A DNA stretch of 29,344 nucleotides. Origin: Prasinococcaceae sp. CCMP 1430. Its lineage: Eukaryota > Plantae > Prasinodermophyta. Location of the stretch: the NCBI GenBank assembly GCA_013416795.1, contig RQSC01000964.1, forward strand, positions 1 to 29,344, given 5' to 3'. Made by a program: the position numbers and the translations under genes. This document shows, piece after piece, positions 20,171 to 29,289 of this stretch (the first letter of the stretch is position 1; the number at the start of each line of letters is the position of its first letter). The notes under the pieces are model-generated. The model worked only from the letters and a program-made list of their open reading frames with translations. It was not told the origin of the DNA and made no database searches.

Positions 20171-20570
20171 TTACCGTCGCGCGCGCGACCGCCGGTGCAC
20201 TTTTTTGATATGGAATTACATGCGCGCGTTCCCCGCGCGCGCGTTCCCCGTCCATCCATCCGCCGCCGTGCCCGCTGCGGGGCGGCGCGTCCGCTGATCT
20301 GAGGCACCCCGCATCGAAACCGCGCGCCCCCCTCAGTCGCGGCTGCAGCAGGGGCTCTGCATGGGTTCGACGATGTCCTTGCGCATACCAAAACGCATCC
20401 GCCGGCAGCGGCGTGCCCACGCGACAGTTGAGAACGCGCGCGCACGGGCAGAGTGGGCGCACCGAGCCGGGGGAGCGGGCGGGCGACGGCGAGCAGAGGG
20501 CGCGCGCGGCGCGCAGCGAAGACAGCCGTGCGCGCGTACACGGGCTGGGGGGGCGCATTGGCTTGCTCCC

Positions 20571-20617
20571 CCCCCCACCCACCCACCACCACACACACAC
20601 ACACACACTCACACACT
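20571..20617. repeat. C-run plus (CA)n microsatellite
   Basis: CCCCCC-ACCCACCCACCACC-(AC)n directly visible. Confidence 0.85.
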
Positions 20618-20771
20618 GCGCGCCACTTTCCCCCGGGGAGGCGCGCCCCTGGCTCACTGGCAGCGCGCCCCGACCCGCCCGAAGGGCGGGTGAGCGAGGC
20701 GGTGGAGGAGGCAACTGAGGGGGGCACGCTGAAAGCCCCTCCACTACAGCTCCATCCCCCTCTCCTCCTTC

Positions 20772-21974
20772 ATGATGCAGTACTCGCAATACCGCTTGTC
20801 ACCGAGAGCGCGGGATGTCGAGCGTGCGGGGAGCCCATTTCCGCACGCTGACGCGCTCCTCGCCGCCGGTCCGCAGGGGATGGGATTCGAGCCCGCGGGC
20901 GTCTCGCGGCTCCTGAAGCCCACGAAGAGCTCATCCGGCCGCGCCGTCAGTCCTTCGGCGGGTGGGTCCACTGTTGCCCGTGTCGGACCCGTGGGTAGCG
21001 CTCTGCGGCGTCCGCGGACCGAACGACCCGTTGCGGGCGGCGAGGCTGTGGGGGCTCTGTTGGCCGTGGCAGGCCGGTCCGTGCTACGCAGTTCGGGCGC
21101 GCTCGCCAACGGCACGGCCCCGGGAGCCGCGGCAAGGCGACTCGCGCGCCCGCGCTCGGCCCCCATGGCGGGCTCGTCGACGGCAAGAGGTGCCTACGAG
21201 GCGGTCCGCGGCGGCGCCAGCGGCGCTGCAGCGGCCAACACTGCCCTGGGCCTTGGCGGCGTGCGCGGGCGCTCGGCAATCATCTCGTCGCAGCGGCCAC
21301 GGTCCGCTGGGCCGTCGTCGCGGAACAACGCAGCGGCCGCGGTGGTCGGCGGCGGCCGCGCAGCGCTGCAGGTAGTGCTTCGTGGCGAGCGCCTGCTTGC
21401 CCAGCGACCTGGCGACCGCGCCGCAATGCGCCAGGCGATCGTAGCGCTGCAGCATGCCGCCGCCGAGCTGTCGGGCTGTGCTCTGCCCCGAGCGCGCACG
21501 CCGTCGTCCGCATCCCCCGAGTCACACCTCCGCAAACAGCTGCAGCACGAGATGCACGTGGTCGAGGGCGAGCTCAAGCGCCTGGCGCTCAAGGGCGGCG
21601 CTGCGGCGCACGGCGGCGCAACAAGCGGCGGGGCCGTCGGCGTGGCGGGCGCGCGCGGCGTAGCATCGCACACGGGCGTGCGGGAGGCCCAGGGCGACGT
21701 TGTGTCGGTCGCAGACGCGCTCGTGTCGGAGAGCGTTGCGTTGCGAGCAGAGATAGGCCTCGACTGCGCGAACGTGCTCAGCGAGGTTCTCGAGCAGGTC
21801 GCTTGCGCGCAGCGTCTCCTGGCGGGGCGACGCAGCAACGGCGGCAAGGGGAGCGGAGGCTTCGCGCTCGAGGGGGGCCCGCTGAGGGGCGGCATGTTTG
21901 CGTGCGGGAGGCACGCGGGCCCCGGAGGCGGTGCGCGATCGCCGAAGCGCGGGCGCGAGTGGCTGTCCTCTTGA
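20772..21974 (+). CDS. Hypothetical protein (400 aa), disordered A/G/R/S-rich N-terminal half with a helical C-terminal half
   Basis: ATG-to-TGA intact ORF filling the space between 5S and RPL4. Amphipathic segments such as HLRKQLQHEMHVVEGELKRLAL are present. No family recognised. Confidence 0.6.
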   Translation: MMQYSQYRLSPRARDVERAGSPFPHADALLAAGPQGMGFEPAGVSRLLKPTKSSSGRAVSPSAGGSTVARVGPVGSALRRPRTERPVAGGEAVGALLAVAGRSVLRSSGALANGTAPGAAARRLARPRSAPMAGSSTARGAYEAVRGGASGAAAANTALGLGGVRGRSAIISSQRPRSAGPSSRNNAAAAVVGGGRAALQVVLRGERLLAQRPGDRAAMRQAIVALQHAAAELSGCALPRARTPSSASPESHLRKQLQHEMHVVEGELKRLALKGGAAAHGGATSGGAVGVAGARGVASHTGVREAQGDVVSVADALVSESVALRAEIGLDCANVLSEVLEQVACAQRLLAGRRSNGGKGSGGFALEGGPLRGGMFACGRHAGPGGGARSPKRGREWLSS

Positions 21975-22178
21975 GATCTAGCTAGGCTGGCGTTCGGCGT
22001 GTGTGCCTCTGTACTTAATACTACCGGCGTGACAAATGACAAGTCTGCGACAGTGCCTCACGAGCGAGTGCGCCGGTGGGTGGTCGTTGGGAGCTGAGGG
22101 CTCACGGCAGCGCTGCGCCGCTCTGATGACGGGAGGAGTGCGACAAACGTGTCACCATTACAAGAGGGCACGGGCCGC

Positions 22179-23366
22179 TCACAGGTCGTCGAGCTGCGCC
22201 TTGACCTTGGGCTCCTGCGACAGCCACTGCGTGAAGTACTCGAAGGCAGAGTAGTCCGAATCCGCCTTCATCTGCTCGTAGAACTTGGTGTTCTTCTTGA
22301 CGCCACCCTTCGCCGCGAGCGTCTTCGCCTTGGAGCCCTTCTCCGCCGCGAGCTCAGCCTTGCGCGCCTCGGCGTGGTACGGGTTGAGCTTGGCCATCGC
22401 CTTGGCGTTCTTGAGCGGGTTCTTCTTGAGCGTCTTCCGCTTGTTGGATGCCTTGGGCGCGCGCACCACCGACTGGATCTCGTCGGAGTTGATCGCGCGC
22501 GTGATGTCCGCGTTGGTGATCACGTTCTTGGGGAACGAGAAGCCCTTCTTAAGCTGCGAGTTGGTGGTGTCGGTGCCGTAGATCGCGTCGAGCTTCTCGG
22601 CGGCCGACTTGGTCCACATGATGAGGCGGCCCATGTGGCCGCCCGGCGCCAGCTGCAGCAGGTTGAGGCGGTCGACGTGCGCGACCTCAACGCCCGGGAT
22701 GTTGCGGAACGCGCGCGTGGCCGCGGCGTCGTCGCCGGCGACCACGATGAGCGGGCCCTTGCGCGACACGTAGCGGCGGTTCCTCATCTTGCCCTTGCCC
22801 GCGCGGATCTTGTGCGACGCCTTCGCCTTCTCCACCTCGGCGGTAAGGCCGACCTTGCCCAGCAGCTCCACCGCCTTGGCGGTCTTGTCGATGGCCTCGA
22901 CGCTGTCCGACACCACAAGCGGGCACTCCGGCACGCTGTCGACGCGGTGGCCGCGCGCCATCACGAGCGCAGGCAGGGCCGACGCGGCGAGCGCGGAGCA
23001 CACGGCGTAGCGGCGCTGGTTGACGTTCACCTTGCGGTGCCAGCGGCGCCACGTCTTGGTGGGCGCGAACATGCGGCCGCCGCGGCACATGTTGCCGAAC
23101 GCACCCTGGCCGGCGCGGTGGGTGCCGCCGCCCGGCACACGGGGGATACGCGACACGGCGCGGCCAGTACCCCACGAGATGGCGGCGGTCTGGTGGCCCG
23201 CGCGCACGTCCACGGCGTACGCCTGGCGGTGGTTCTTTGCGATCTGGGTGTGCACGAAGTTCACCACGTCGGGGCGAATGGGGGCCTTGAAGCAGCCCGG
23301 GAGGGCCACCGACTCGGCCTCGCCATCAGCGGCGAGCTGCACGGTGACAGTCGGGCGGGCCGACAT
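22179..23366 (-). CDS. RPL4: 60S ribosomal protein L4 (uL4)
   Basis: ARPTVTV...FKAPIRPD...[49 protein letters not shown]...[12 protein letters not shown]. The CDS is uninterrupted; an intron (GCTGAC 23438-23433, CAG 23371-23369) ends 2 nt before the ATG. Confidence 0.98.
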   Translation of the reverse strand: MSARPTVTVQLAADGEAESVALPGCFKAPIRPDVVNFVHTQIAKNHRQAYAVDVRAGHQTAAISWGTGRAVSRIPRVPGGGTHRAGQGAFGNMCRGGRMFAPTKTWRRWHRKVNVNQRRYAVCSALAASALPALVMARGHRVDSVPECPLVVSDSVEAIDKTAKAVELLGKVGLTAEVEKAKASHKIRAGKGKMRNRRYVSRKGPLIVVAGDDAAATRAFRNIPGVEVAHVDRLNLLQLAPGGHMGRLIMWTKSAAEKLDAIYGTDTTNSQLKKGFSFPKNVITNADITRAINSDEIQSVVRAPKASNKRKTLKKNPLKNAKAMAKLNPYHAEARKAELAAEKGSKAKTLAAKGGVKKNTKFYEQMKADSDYSAFEYFTQWLSQEPKVKAQLDDL

Positions 23367-23549
23367 GGCTGCAGGGCGGGATTCGAAGGAAGCGCGCGGG
23401 TGGGTGGTGAGGGGTGACGGCCATCGCGTTGCGTCAGCGGTGCTGCAGGCGGAGGCGGCACCCGGCCGTCGCGCACAGCGCCTCCTCGCGCTGCGGCGCG
23501 GCGCAGCATGGGCTGCAGGGCCGTGCCCTCACCGCACGCGCGCGGCGCG

Positions 23550-24080
23550 NNNNNNNNNNNNNNNNNNNNNNNNNNNNNNNNNNNNNNNNNNNNNNNNNNN
23601 NNNNNNNNNNNNNNNNNNNNNNNNNNNNNNNNNNNNNNNNNNNNNNNNNNNNNNNNNNNNNNNNNNNNNNNNNNNNNNNNNNNNNNNNNNNNNNNNNNNN
23701 NNNNNNNNNNNNNNNNNNNNNNNNNNNNNNNNNNNNNNNNNNNNNNNNNNNNNNNNNNNNNNNNNNNNNNNNNNNNNNNNNNNNNNNNNNNNNNNNNNNN
23801 NNNNNNNNNNNNNNNNNNNNNNNNNNNNNNNNNNNNNNNNNNNNNNNNNNNNNNNNNNNNNNNNNNNNNNNNNNNNNNNNNNNNNNNNNNNNNNNNNNNN
23901 NNNNNNNNNNNNNNNNNNNNNNNNNNNNNNNNNNNNNNNNNNNNNNNNNNNNNNNNNNNNNNNNNNNNNNNNNNNNNNNNNNNNNNNNNNNNNNNNNNNN
24001 NNNNNNNNNNNNNNNNNNNNNNNNNNNNNNNNNNNNNNNNNNNNNNNNNNNNNNNNNNNNNNNNNNNNNNNNNNNNNNNN
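23550..24080. other. Assembly gap (531 N) between the divergent RPL4 (-) and NDUFB4-like (+) genes
   Basis: Run of N directly visible. Confidence 0.95.
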
Positions 24081-24149
24081 GGCGCGGCGCGTGCGTGCCA
24101 GAGAGGCGCGCGGCGCGGCGCGGCGCGCTCCCGCGGGCCCGCAGCGGCC

Positions 24150-24575
24150 ATGGCGGGGCAGCAGCCGTACATGGGCGTCAAGCCCAACGCCAGCGTTGAG
24201 AACTGGGCGGCCGCGAGAGAGGCGCTCGAGTTCGGCTTCAAATTCGACAGGCGGCGCTGGGGGTACCTCATCGGCGCGGCCGTCGTCGTGCCGGTGCTCA
24301 CGTACAACTTCGTCAAGCAGGACTTGGTGCGTGGCCCGCGGCCGCGCGGAGGCGGTGAGGGGTCTTCGCAGGCGTGCTGCGTGGAGCGCCTCGTTCCCCT
24401 TCCCACACACACCCATCCGCCTCGATGCGCGCGCGCTTGCGTGACGCCCGTCACGCCCCCTCGGTCTGCCCAACCCTAATAGCGCGCTCGACGCCGCTGA
24501 CCGCGCGCGCCGCCGCCGCCGCCGCAGGCCGCGCGCGAGGAGTACTCGGGCGTGGGCAAGAAGGACCGCTGGTGA
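24150..24575 (+). CDS. NDUFB4: Mitochondrial complex I subunit B15/NDUFB4-like (74 aa); exons 24150-24326 and 24528-24575
   Basis: NASVENWAAAREALEFGFKFDRRRWGYLIGAAVVVPVLTYNFVKQD resembles plant B15 (N..IE.W..ARE.LE..F...RR plus one TM). Intron has GTGCGT, GCTGAC and CAG, phase 0. Confidence 0.75.
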
Positions 24576-24884
24576 GGGAGCCTCTCCGCCGGCGCGCCTC
24601 ACCTCCCCCCCTCCCCCCCAGTCCCTCCGGCGCCTCTGCGCCTGCGCCACCCGCCAGCGAGGCGGTCAGGCTGTTCGCTGTACATAAAAAAACCGTTGCA
24701 ATTTTGTCCCAATCTGCGCGATACCATGATGACGCGTGCGGGAGCAAAACGTGCGCGCAATGTGAAGTGATGGGAGCGAGCGGCCGTACGAAGCCGCGCA
24801 CTCAGAAAATCAAAATGCGTTCGAAATGACTGGAAAAAAAAAGGGAACCATCCAGCACGCGCGACGGCACACCACCTGGGGCAT

Positions 24885-27359
24885 GTGCTGCCAACGGCTG
24901 CGCCACACTGCACGCCACCCTCCGTCGCCCTCCTGGCCGGTGGGTGGGGGTGGGGGTGGACCACGGGCGCTCGGCGGCCGCCGCGGGCGGCCGCCGTTGG
25001 CGCCGCTGACGCCGACGCCGACGTTGACCGAGCCGTCCGACGAGGCGTGCGCAGGCAGCAGCAGCGTAGGAGGACGAGCGCCCCGCGAGCTCCCAAGGAC
25101 GAAGCCAAAGGATCGCCCTCCCCGCGGGCGCCGCGCAGCCTGCTTGACGAGCTATGCAGGGAGAGCCCCGCCGGCGCAGCGGCCGGGCCGTCGGACGCGG
25201 CGCGCGCCCTCAACAGGGAGCTGTCGCGCTCCGAGAGCGTTGAGGAGGTGCTACGTACCGTCGACGGCCACCGAGGAGAGCTCAACGAGGTCAACCTGGT
25301 CACAGCACTGCACCGCTGTGCGAGGTTGACCAGACGCTCCAGGACGGCGCGAACGCTGCAGCGCGACCCTGTCTTCGCGTGGCTGCTGGAGGAGCTGCAG
25401 CCGCGCCTGGGCGAGCTGGGCGCCATGGGCCTGGCGAATGCGGCGTGGAGCACGGCCACGCTCCAGCTGGGCGTGCATGCGCAGGGGAAGGGCGACCAGG
25501 GTGGTTGGGCAAGCGAAGAGCGCGGCAGCAGCGAGCGGAGCAGCGTGGCCAGTGGGTGGACCGAGTCGGTCGCCGCAGCGCTCGCAAAGGCAGACGCAAC
25601 CAAATTCAAGGAGCAAGAGCTGTGCTCAGCGCTGTGGGCACTGGGCAAGCTCGACATGGGAGGCAGCGACGCCTTCCCCGTGCTCGTGAAGGAGGTCTGG
25701 CTGCGGCTACACAAACTGCAGCCCAACCAGCTCGCCTTTCTTATGCTGGCGCTAGCGGACGCGCGGGTGCACATTCCCGAGCTGATGGATGATATCCTCG
25801 CCCTGCTGGCGGGTGGCGGCGGCGAGAGCGCCGGCGCGTGCGACGGCTCGCAGACGAAGTCGCCCGAGGTTGCCGACTGGGCACCGTTGCTTGAGCTGCA
25901 CCGCTCGAGCGCCGTCAGTGTGCTCTTTGCGCTCGCTCGTCTGAGGCACACAGCTCCGGAAGCGTCGAGCATGGTCGCGAAACTCATGGTAGGCGAGCTC
26001 CGAGCGCCTGACGCGCCAAGCCCCGCAGCCGGCGGTGGCGGCCATGATAGGCATGCTCGTGCGGCGCGCGGGCGGGGGCAAGCACGCGCGGGAGGACGAG
26101 GGCGGGGACGGGGCTCGCACCAGCAGGCAGGGCGCGATGGTGGGGCAGGCAGATCGATGGGCGTGTCACATCTGGCGCACGGACAGGTCGGATCGTGCGC
26201 TTGGGCGGCCGGCAGCATTGCCCGCGACCGCTTTGCGGACGGTGGCTCGGTGGCATCGCTGCAGTCCGAATTACAGCTACTCAAGGCACTGTGCGCTCGC
26301 ACCGCGGGCGAGTCGCAGCGGCTGCGCCCCGCCCTTCTGGCGAACGTCGCGCATGGCTCGGGAATGGCGCTGATGTCGTCCGCGCCATTGCTCGACCGGG
26401 TTGAAAGGGACGCCTTGTCGCTGCACGAGGAGGGGCAGCTGCAGGCGGGTGACTGGGCGCACGTTGCATGGGCATTCGCGTCGCTACAGCACCCGGCTCC
26501 ACGCTTCTTTGACGCGCTCGAGGCGCAGCTTGCCCACAGGCCCTTCCTCTCGACATGCAATGCATACAGCGTGACGCTCTGTGCCTGGGCGCTCGTCGCG
26601 AGCGGCAGGTACAGCGCAGAGGTCTTCCGTTGCGTGCGCGCTCGCGTGGCGGAGCTGCGCGGTCTTTTCAGCCCTGAGGCGCTCTGCATGCTGTATCAGC
26701 TCGAACTGGGCCTCAGGTCCACGAGCGGCTGTTCTGTCGCATCCGGTGTGGACGTGTCCGGGCGCTCGGGCGCGGAGGTGCTCTCCCTTCTGGAGACCCA
26801 GGGACGGCTTCGCAGGCGTGCCCGCGACGCATGGCGGCTGGGCCGCGAGGGCAAGACTCCCACGGTGAGCGCGCTGCAAAAGGAAGTGCACGCCGTCGCG
26901 CGCGCACTCTTCAAGGCCATCGGTGAGAAGGACGTCGTTCTGGAGCACCAGGCCGAAGAGTACTCGATTGACGTCGCGGTGCCCCGCCGCCGCATCGCCA
27001 TCGAGGTGGACGGTCCCTCGCACTTCGTCCGTGACGCGCACAGCAGCAAGCAGTGGCTGAGCGGACCCACGGTGCTCAAGCACACCATTCTGAGGAATGC
27101 CGGCTGGTACGTGGTCTCCGTAGGCCACAGGGAATGGGAGGGCGCACGCTCAGGTGCCGACCGCTGCGAGCTACTCGCAAACCTGCTCGGAAGCGCGCTC
27201 ACCGAGCCGCCGGTCGTTCCTGACCTCGCAGACATTTCGGGCGTGAAAGAGATTCTGCCGGCGAGCGCAGCAGCAGCCGATGCCGCAAAGCGTGCCGCCG
27301 CGGCGAAATTGCTGAAGCAGGACGCGCTCAAGCGAGCCATCGCGCGGCGACGTCGGTGA
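24885..27359 (+). CDS. RAP-domain / FAST-kinase-like helical-repeat organellar RNA-binding protein; start unresolved
   Basis: C-terminal SIDVAVPRRRIAIEVDGPSHF...GPTVLKHTILRNAGWYVVSVGHREW (RAP domain), preceded by OPR/FAST-like repeats (LANAAWSTATL, LCSALWALGKL, WAHVAWAFASLQH). Position 24885 is GTG; the first in-frame ATG is far inside the ORF. Confidence 0.88.
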   Translation: MLPTAAPHCTPPSVALLAGGWGWGWTTGARRPPRAAAVGAADADADVDRAVRRGVRRQQQRRRTSAPRAPKDEAKGSPSPRAPRSLLDELCRESPAGAAAGPSDAARALNRELSRSESVEEVLRTVDGHRGELNEVNLVTALHRCARLTRRSRTARTLQRDPVFAWLLEELQPRLGELGAMGLANAAWSTATLQLGVHAQGKGDQGGWASEERGSSERSSVASGWTESVAAALAKADATKFKEQELCSALWALGKLDMGGSDAFPVLVKEVWLRLHKLQPNQLAFLMLALADARVHIPELMDDILALLAGGGGESAGACDGSQTKSPEVADWAPLLELHRSSAVSVLFALARLRHTAPEASSMVAKLMVGELRAPDAPSPAAGGGGHDRHARAARGRGQARAGGRGRGRGSHQQAGRDGGAGRSMGVSHLAHGQVGSCAWAAGSIARDRFADGGSVASLQSELQLLKALCARTAGESQRLRPALLANVAHGSGMALMSSAPLLDRVERDALSLHEEGQLQAGDWAHVAWAFASLQHPAPRFFDALEAQLAHRPFLSTCNAYSVTLCAWALVASGRYSAEVFRCVRARVAELRGLFSPEALCMLYQLELGLRSTSGCSVASGVDVSGRSGAEVLSLLETQGRLRRRARDAWRLGREGKTPTVSALQKEVHAVARALFKAIGEKDVVLEHQAEEYSIDVAVPRRRIAIEVDGPSHFVRDAHSSKQWLSGPTVLKHTILRNAGWYVVSVGHREWEGARSGADRCELLANLLGSALTEPPVVPDLADISGVKEILPASAAAADAAKRAAAAKLLKQDALKRAIARRRR

Positions 27360-27506
27360 ACCAATAATATGCGCTGGCGTGCGTGCTCTGAAACGTCGTC
27401 CGCACAGCAGTATTAAAAAAGAGGCGCACAGCCAGGAGCGACAGTGCACCGTATTAAGTGTGATGTGCCGATGGCGTTGCGCCGGCACGTCTCTTCATGG
27501 GCTGGG

Positions 27507-27975
27507 TCACCCGCTGCCATCCCCACCTGCTCGTCCCCGATCTGCCTCGCTGCCGCCTCCACTGCTGCCTCCGCCACCGCCGCCGCCGCCGCCGCCATTG
27601 CGCAGTATTTGCGCCTCGACCTCGACCGCCGAATCTATCGCGCGTCGCGCCCCAATGCGTGCTCCTGGCGGGCAGCTGCACTCTGGGTCAGTGTCGGAAT
27701 CGTCCGAGTCGCTCTCGCCGAACGCGCGCCGCTTGTGGTAGATGCAGCACTTCTTCGAGCTCTTGCGCCCGAGGTGTTCGTTGTCGACGGTGCCGCCAGC
27801 CCACGATACGGCCTTCTTGCGCCGCGGCGGTAGCTGGAGCGTGAGGCGCGCGGTCTCGGGCGGACTGCCGCTGGGCCCTGCGCCACCATCCAGGACGGTG
27901 GTGATGGTGGTGGTGGTCGCCGCGGCATCGGCCGCCGTCGCAGCCGCCGCCGCGGCGCCGCCGTCGGACCCCCAT
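27507..27975 (-). CDS. Protein phosphatase 1 inhibitor-3 (Ypi1/PPP1R11/INH3-like); apparent 1-nt frameshift just after the start codon
   Basis: A frame not listed in the ORF track (27974-27507) reads WGSDGGAAAA...TTTTITTVLDGG...RLTLQLPPRRKKAVSWAGGTVDNEHLGRKSSKKCCIYHKRRAFGESDSDDSD...GGGG...*. It contains the RVxW motif and the diagnostic VDNE.(L/M).(R/K)KSSKKCCI.HK signature. Confidence 0.9.
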
Positions 27976-28470
27976 CAAAATCAATCCGAGGCGAGACTTC
28001 CATCCGCCGTGTTGAGGTTTAGCCCGGGCCGCCCCGCACGCTGCGGGCCGCGCCCCCATCCCTCCCCGAACGGCCTCTGACGCCAGAAAAAGATGGGCTA
28101 CAATCCCACGGAAGGTTGCAATCCGGGGCGCCGACGCAGCGGCGAACCGAAGCGCGGATCCGCGTGCGCATTCGGGAAGTTAGGGTAACATTCGCAAACC
28201 CTGAAGGCAGCTCGTGGGGTGTGGGGTGGTGAGTGATGGCCTCACTCGCACAACAACAGAGACAGACACTCAGTCAGTCGGACCTCGATCGATGGATCGT
28301 TGCGCGGGTGCAGGGCGGAGGCTGCGGGGCGGTTTGCGAGGCGTGGGCGCGCGGCGGATGCCGGAAACGACCCACACACGGACGCGGCGGGGCGCGGCGG
28401 GGGCGCGGCGGGGCGCGGCCGAGCGGCGGGCACTTCTCGCGTGGTGGGCGCGCGCGGGGGTGGCCGCCGC

Positions 28471-29289
28471 TCACAGGAAGACGTCCTTCTCCATGACGGC
28501 CACCACGTCGGCCTGCTTGTTGAGCTTCGCCACGTCGATGGGCGACTTGCCGTCCGAGTTCTGGGCGACGCAGGACGCGCCAGCGTTCACAAGGAGCTCG
28601 GTGGTGTCCTTGCGGCCGTACCCGGCCGAATAGTGCAGCGGCGTGTTGTTGTTGCGGTCGACAGCCGCCACGTCCGCGCCGGCGTCCACGAGCAGCTTGG
28701 CGCACTCCATCTCGCCGTAGCCGCAGCTGAAGTGAAGCGCAGTGCGGCCCTCGCTGTCCTTCTCGTTGACGTCGATGCCCTCCTCCTTGAGGAGCTCGGC
28801 GAGGCCCTCGGCGTCACCCGCGCTGGCACAGCTGTGCAGGGAGAGCTCCTCCTCCTCGTCCTCCTCGCCCTCCTCGTCGCCCTCTTCATCCTCGTCCTCG
28901 GCCGCCTCGGCCTCGGCACCGCTGCCCCCCGCGCCGCCCATCATGCTGGGCGGCATGCCCGGCATGCCCGGCATGCCTGGCATGCCCATGCCGGGGCCCA
29001 TCGCCTTGCCGAGCTTCTGCAGGGCCTCGGGGTCGTTCCAGTACTTCATCATCGCGCCAGGGCCGCCGCTCTTGATGTCCTTCATCATGTCGGCGAACTC
29101 GGGGTCCTTCTCGAGCTCCTCCATCTTGGACTTCATCTTCTGCTGGTAGTCGGGCGCCTGCATCTGCGACATCGCCTGGGCCATCTGCGGGTTGGACATG
29201 AGCTGCTTGCCGAGCTGCTCGGCCATCTGCATGAACTGCGGGTTCTGCATGACGCTGCCCATCATCTGCTGGTACTGCGCAGGGTCCAT
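28471..29289 (-). CDS. AKR2-like STI1/ankyrin-repeat chaperone; may have a further upstream exon outside the window
   Basis: M/Q-rich STI1-like region ([33 protein letters not shown]), an acidic linker, then ankyrins ([25 protein letters not shown]) ending MEKDVFL, like plant AKR2A/B. Confidence 0.92.
   Translation of the reverse strand: MDPAQYQQMMGSVMQNPQFMQMAEQLGKQLMSNPQMAQAMSQMQAPDYQQKMKSKMEELEKDPEFADMMKDIKSGGPGAMMKYWNDPEALQKLGKAMGPGMGMPGMPGMPGMPPSMMGGAGGSGAEAEAAEDEDEEGDEEGEEDEEEELSLHSCASAGDAEGLAELLKEEGIDVNEKDSEGRTALHFSCGYGEMECAKLLVDAGADVAAVDRNNNTPLHYSAGYGRKDTTELLVNAGASCVAQNSDGKSPIDVAKLNKQADVVAVMEKDVFL

Noticed and set aside
20880-20897. T-loop-like GGCTCGAATCC (minus), and GAGTTCGAATCC at about 7239-7250
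   Set aside because: Both lie inside coding sequence with no cloverleaf, acceptor stem or D-loop, so they are not tRNAs.
24726-24830. C-box ATGATGA suggesting a C/D snoRNA
   Set aside because: There is no downstream CTGA D box or terminal stem on that strand; the region is better explained as the NDUFB4 3'UTR or RAP promoter.
24599-26689. 696-aa minus-strand ORF; similarly 22149-23417(+), 15689-16936(-), 18350-19654(-), 2140-2961(-), 5651-6448(+)
   Set aside because: These are antisense shadows of well-supported genes. High GC3 leaves few stops on the opposite strand, and the translations have no family motifs.
27688-28059. ORF with a His6 run (DHHHHHHRPG)
   Set aside because: It is a shifted reading of the ACC (Thr) run in the PP1 inhibitor-3 frame.
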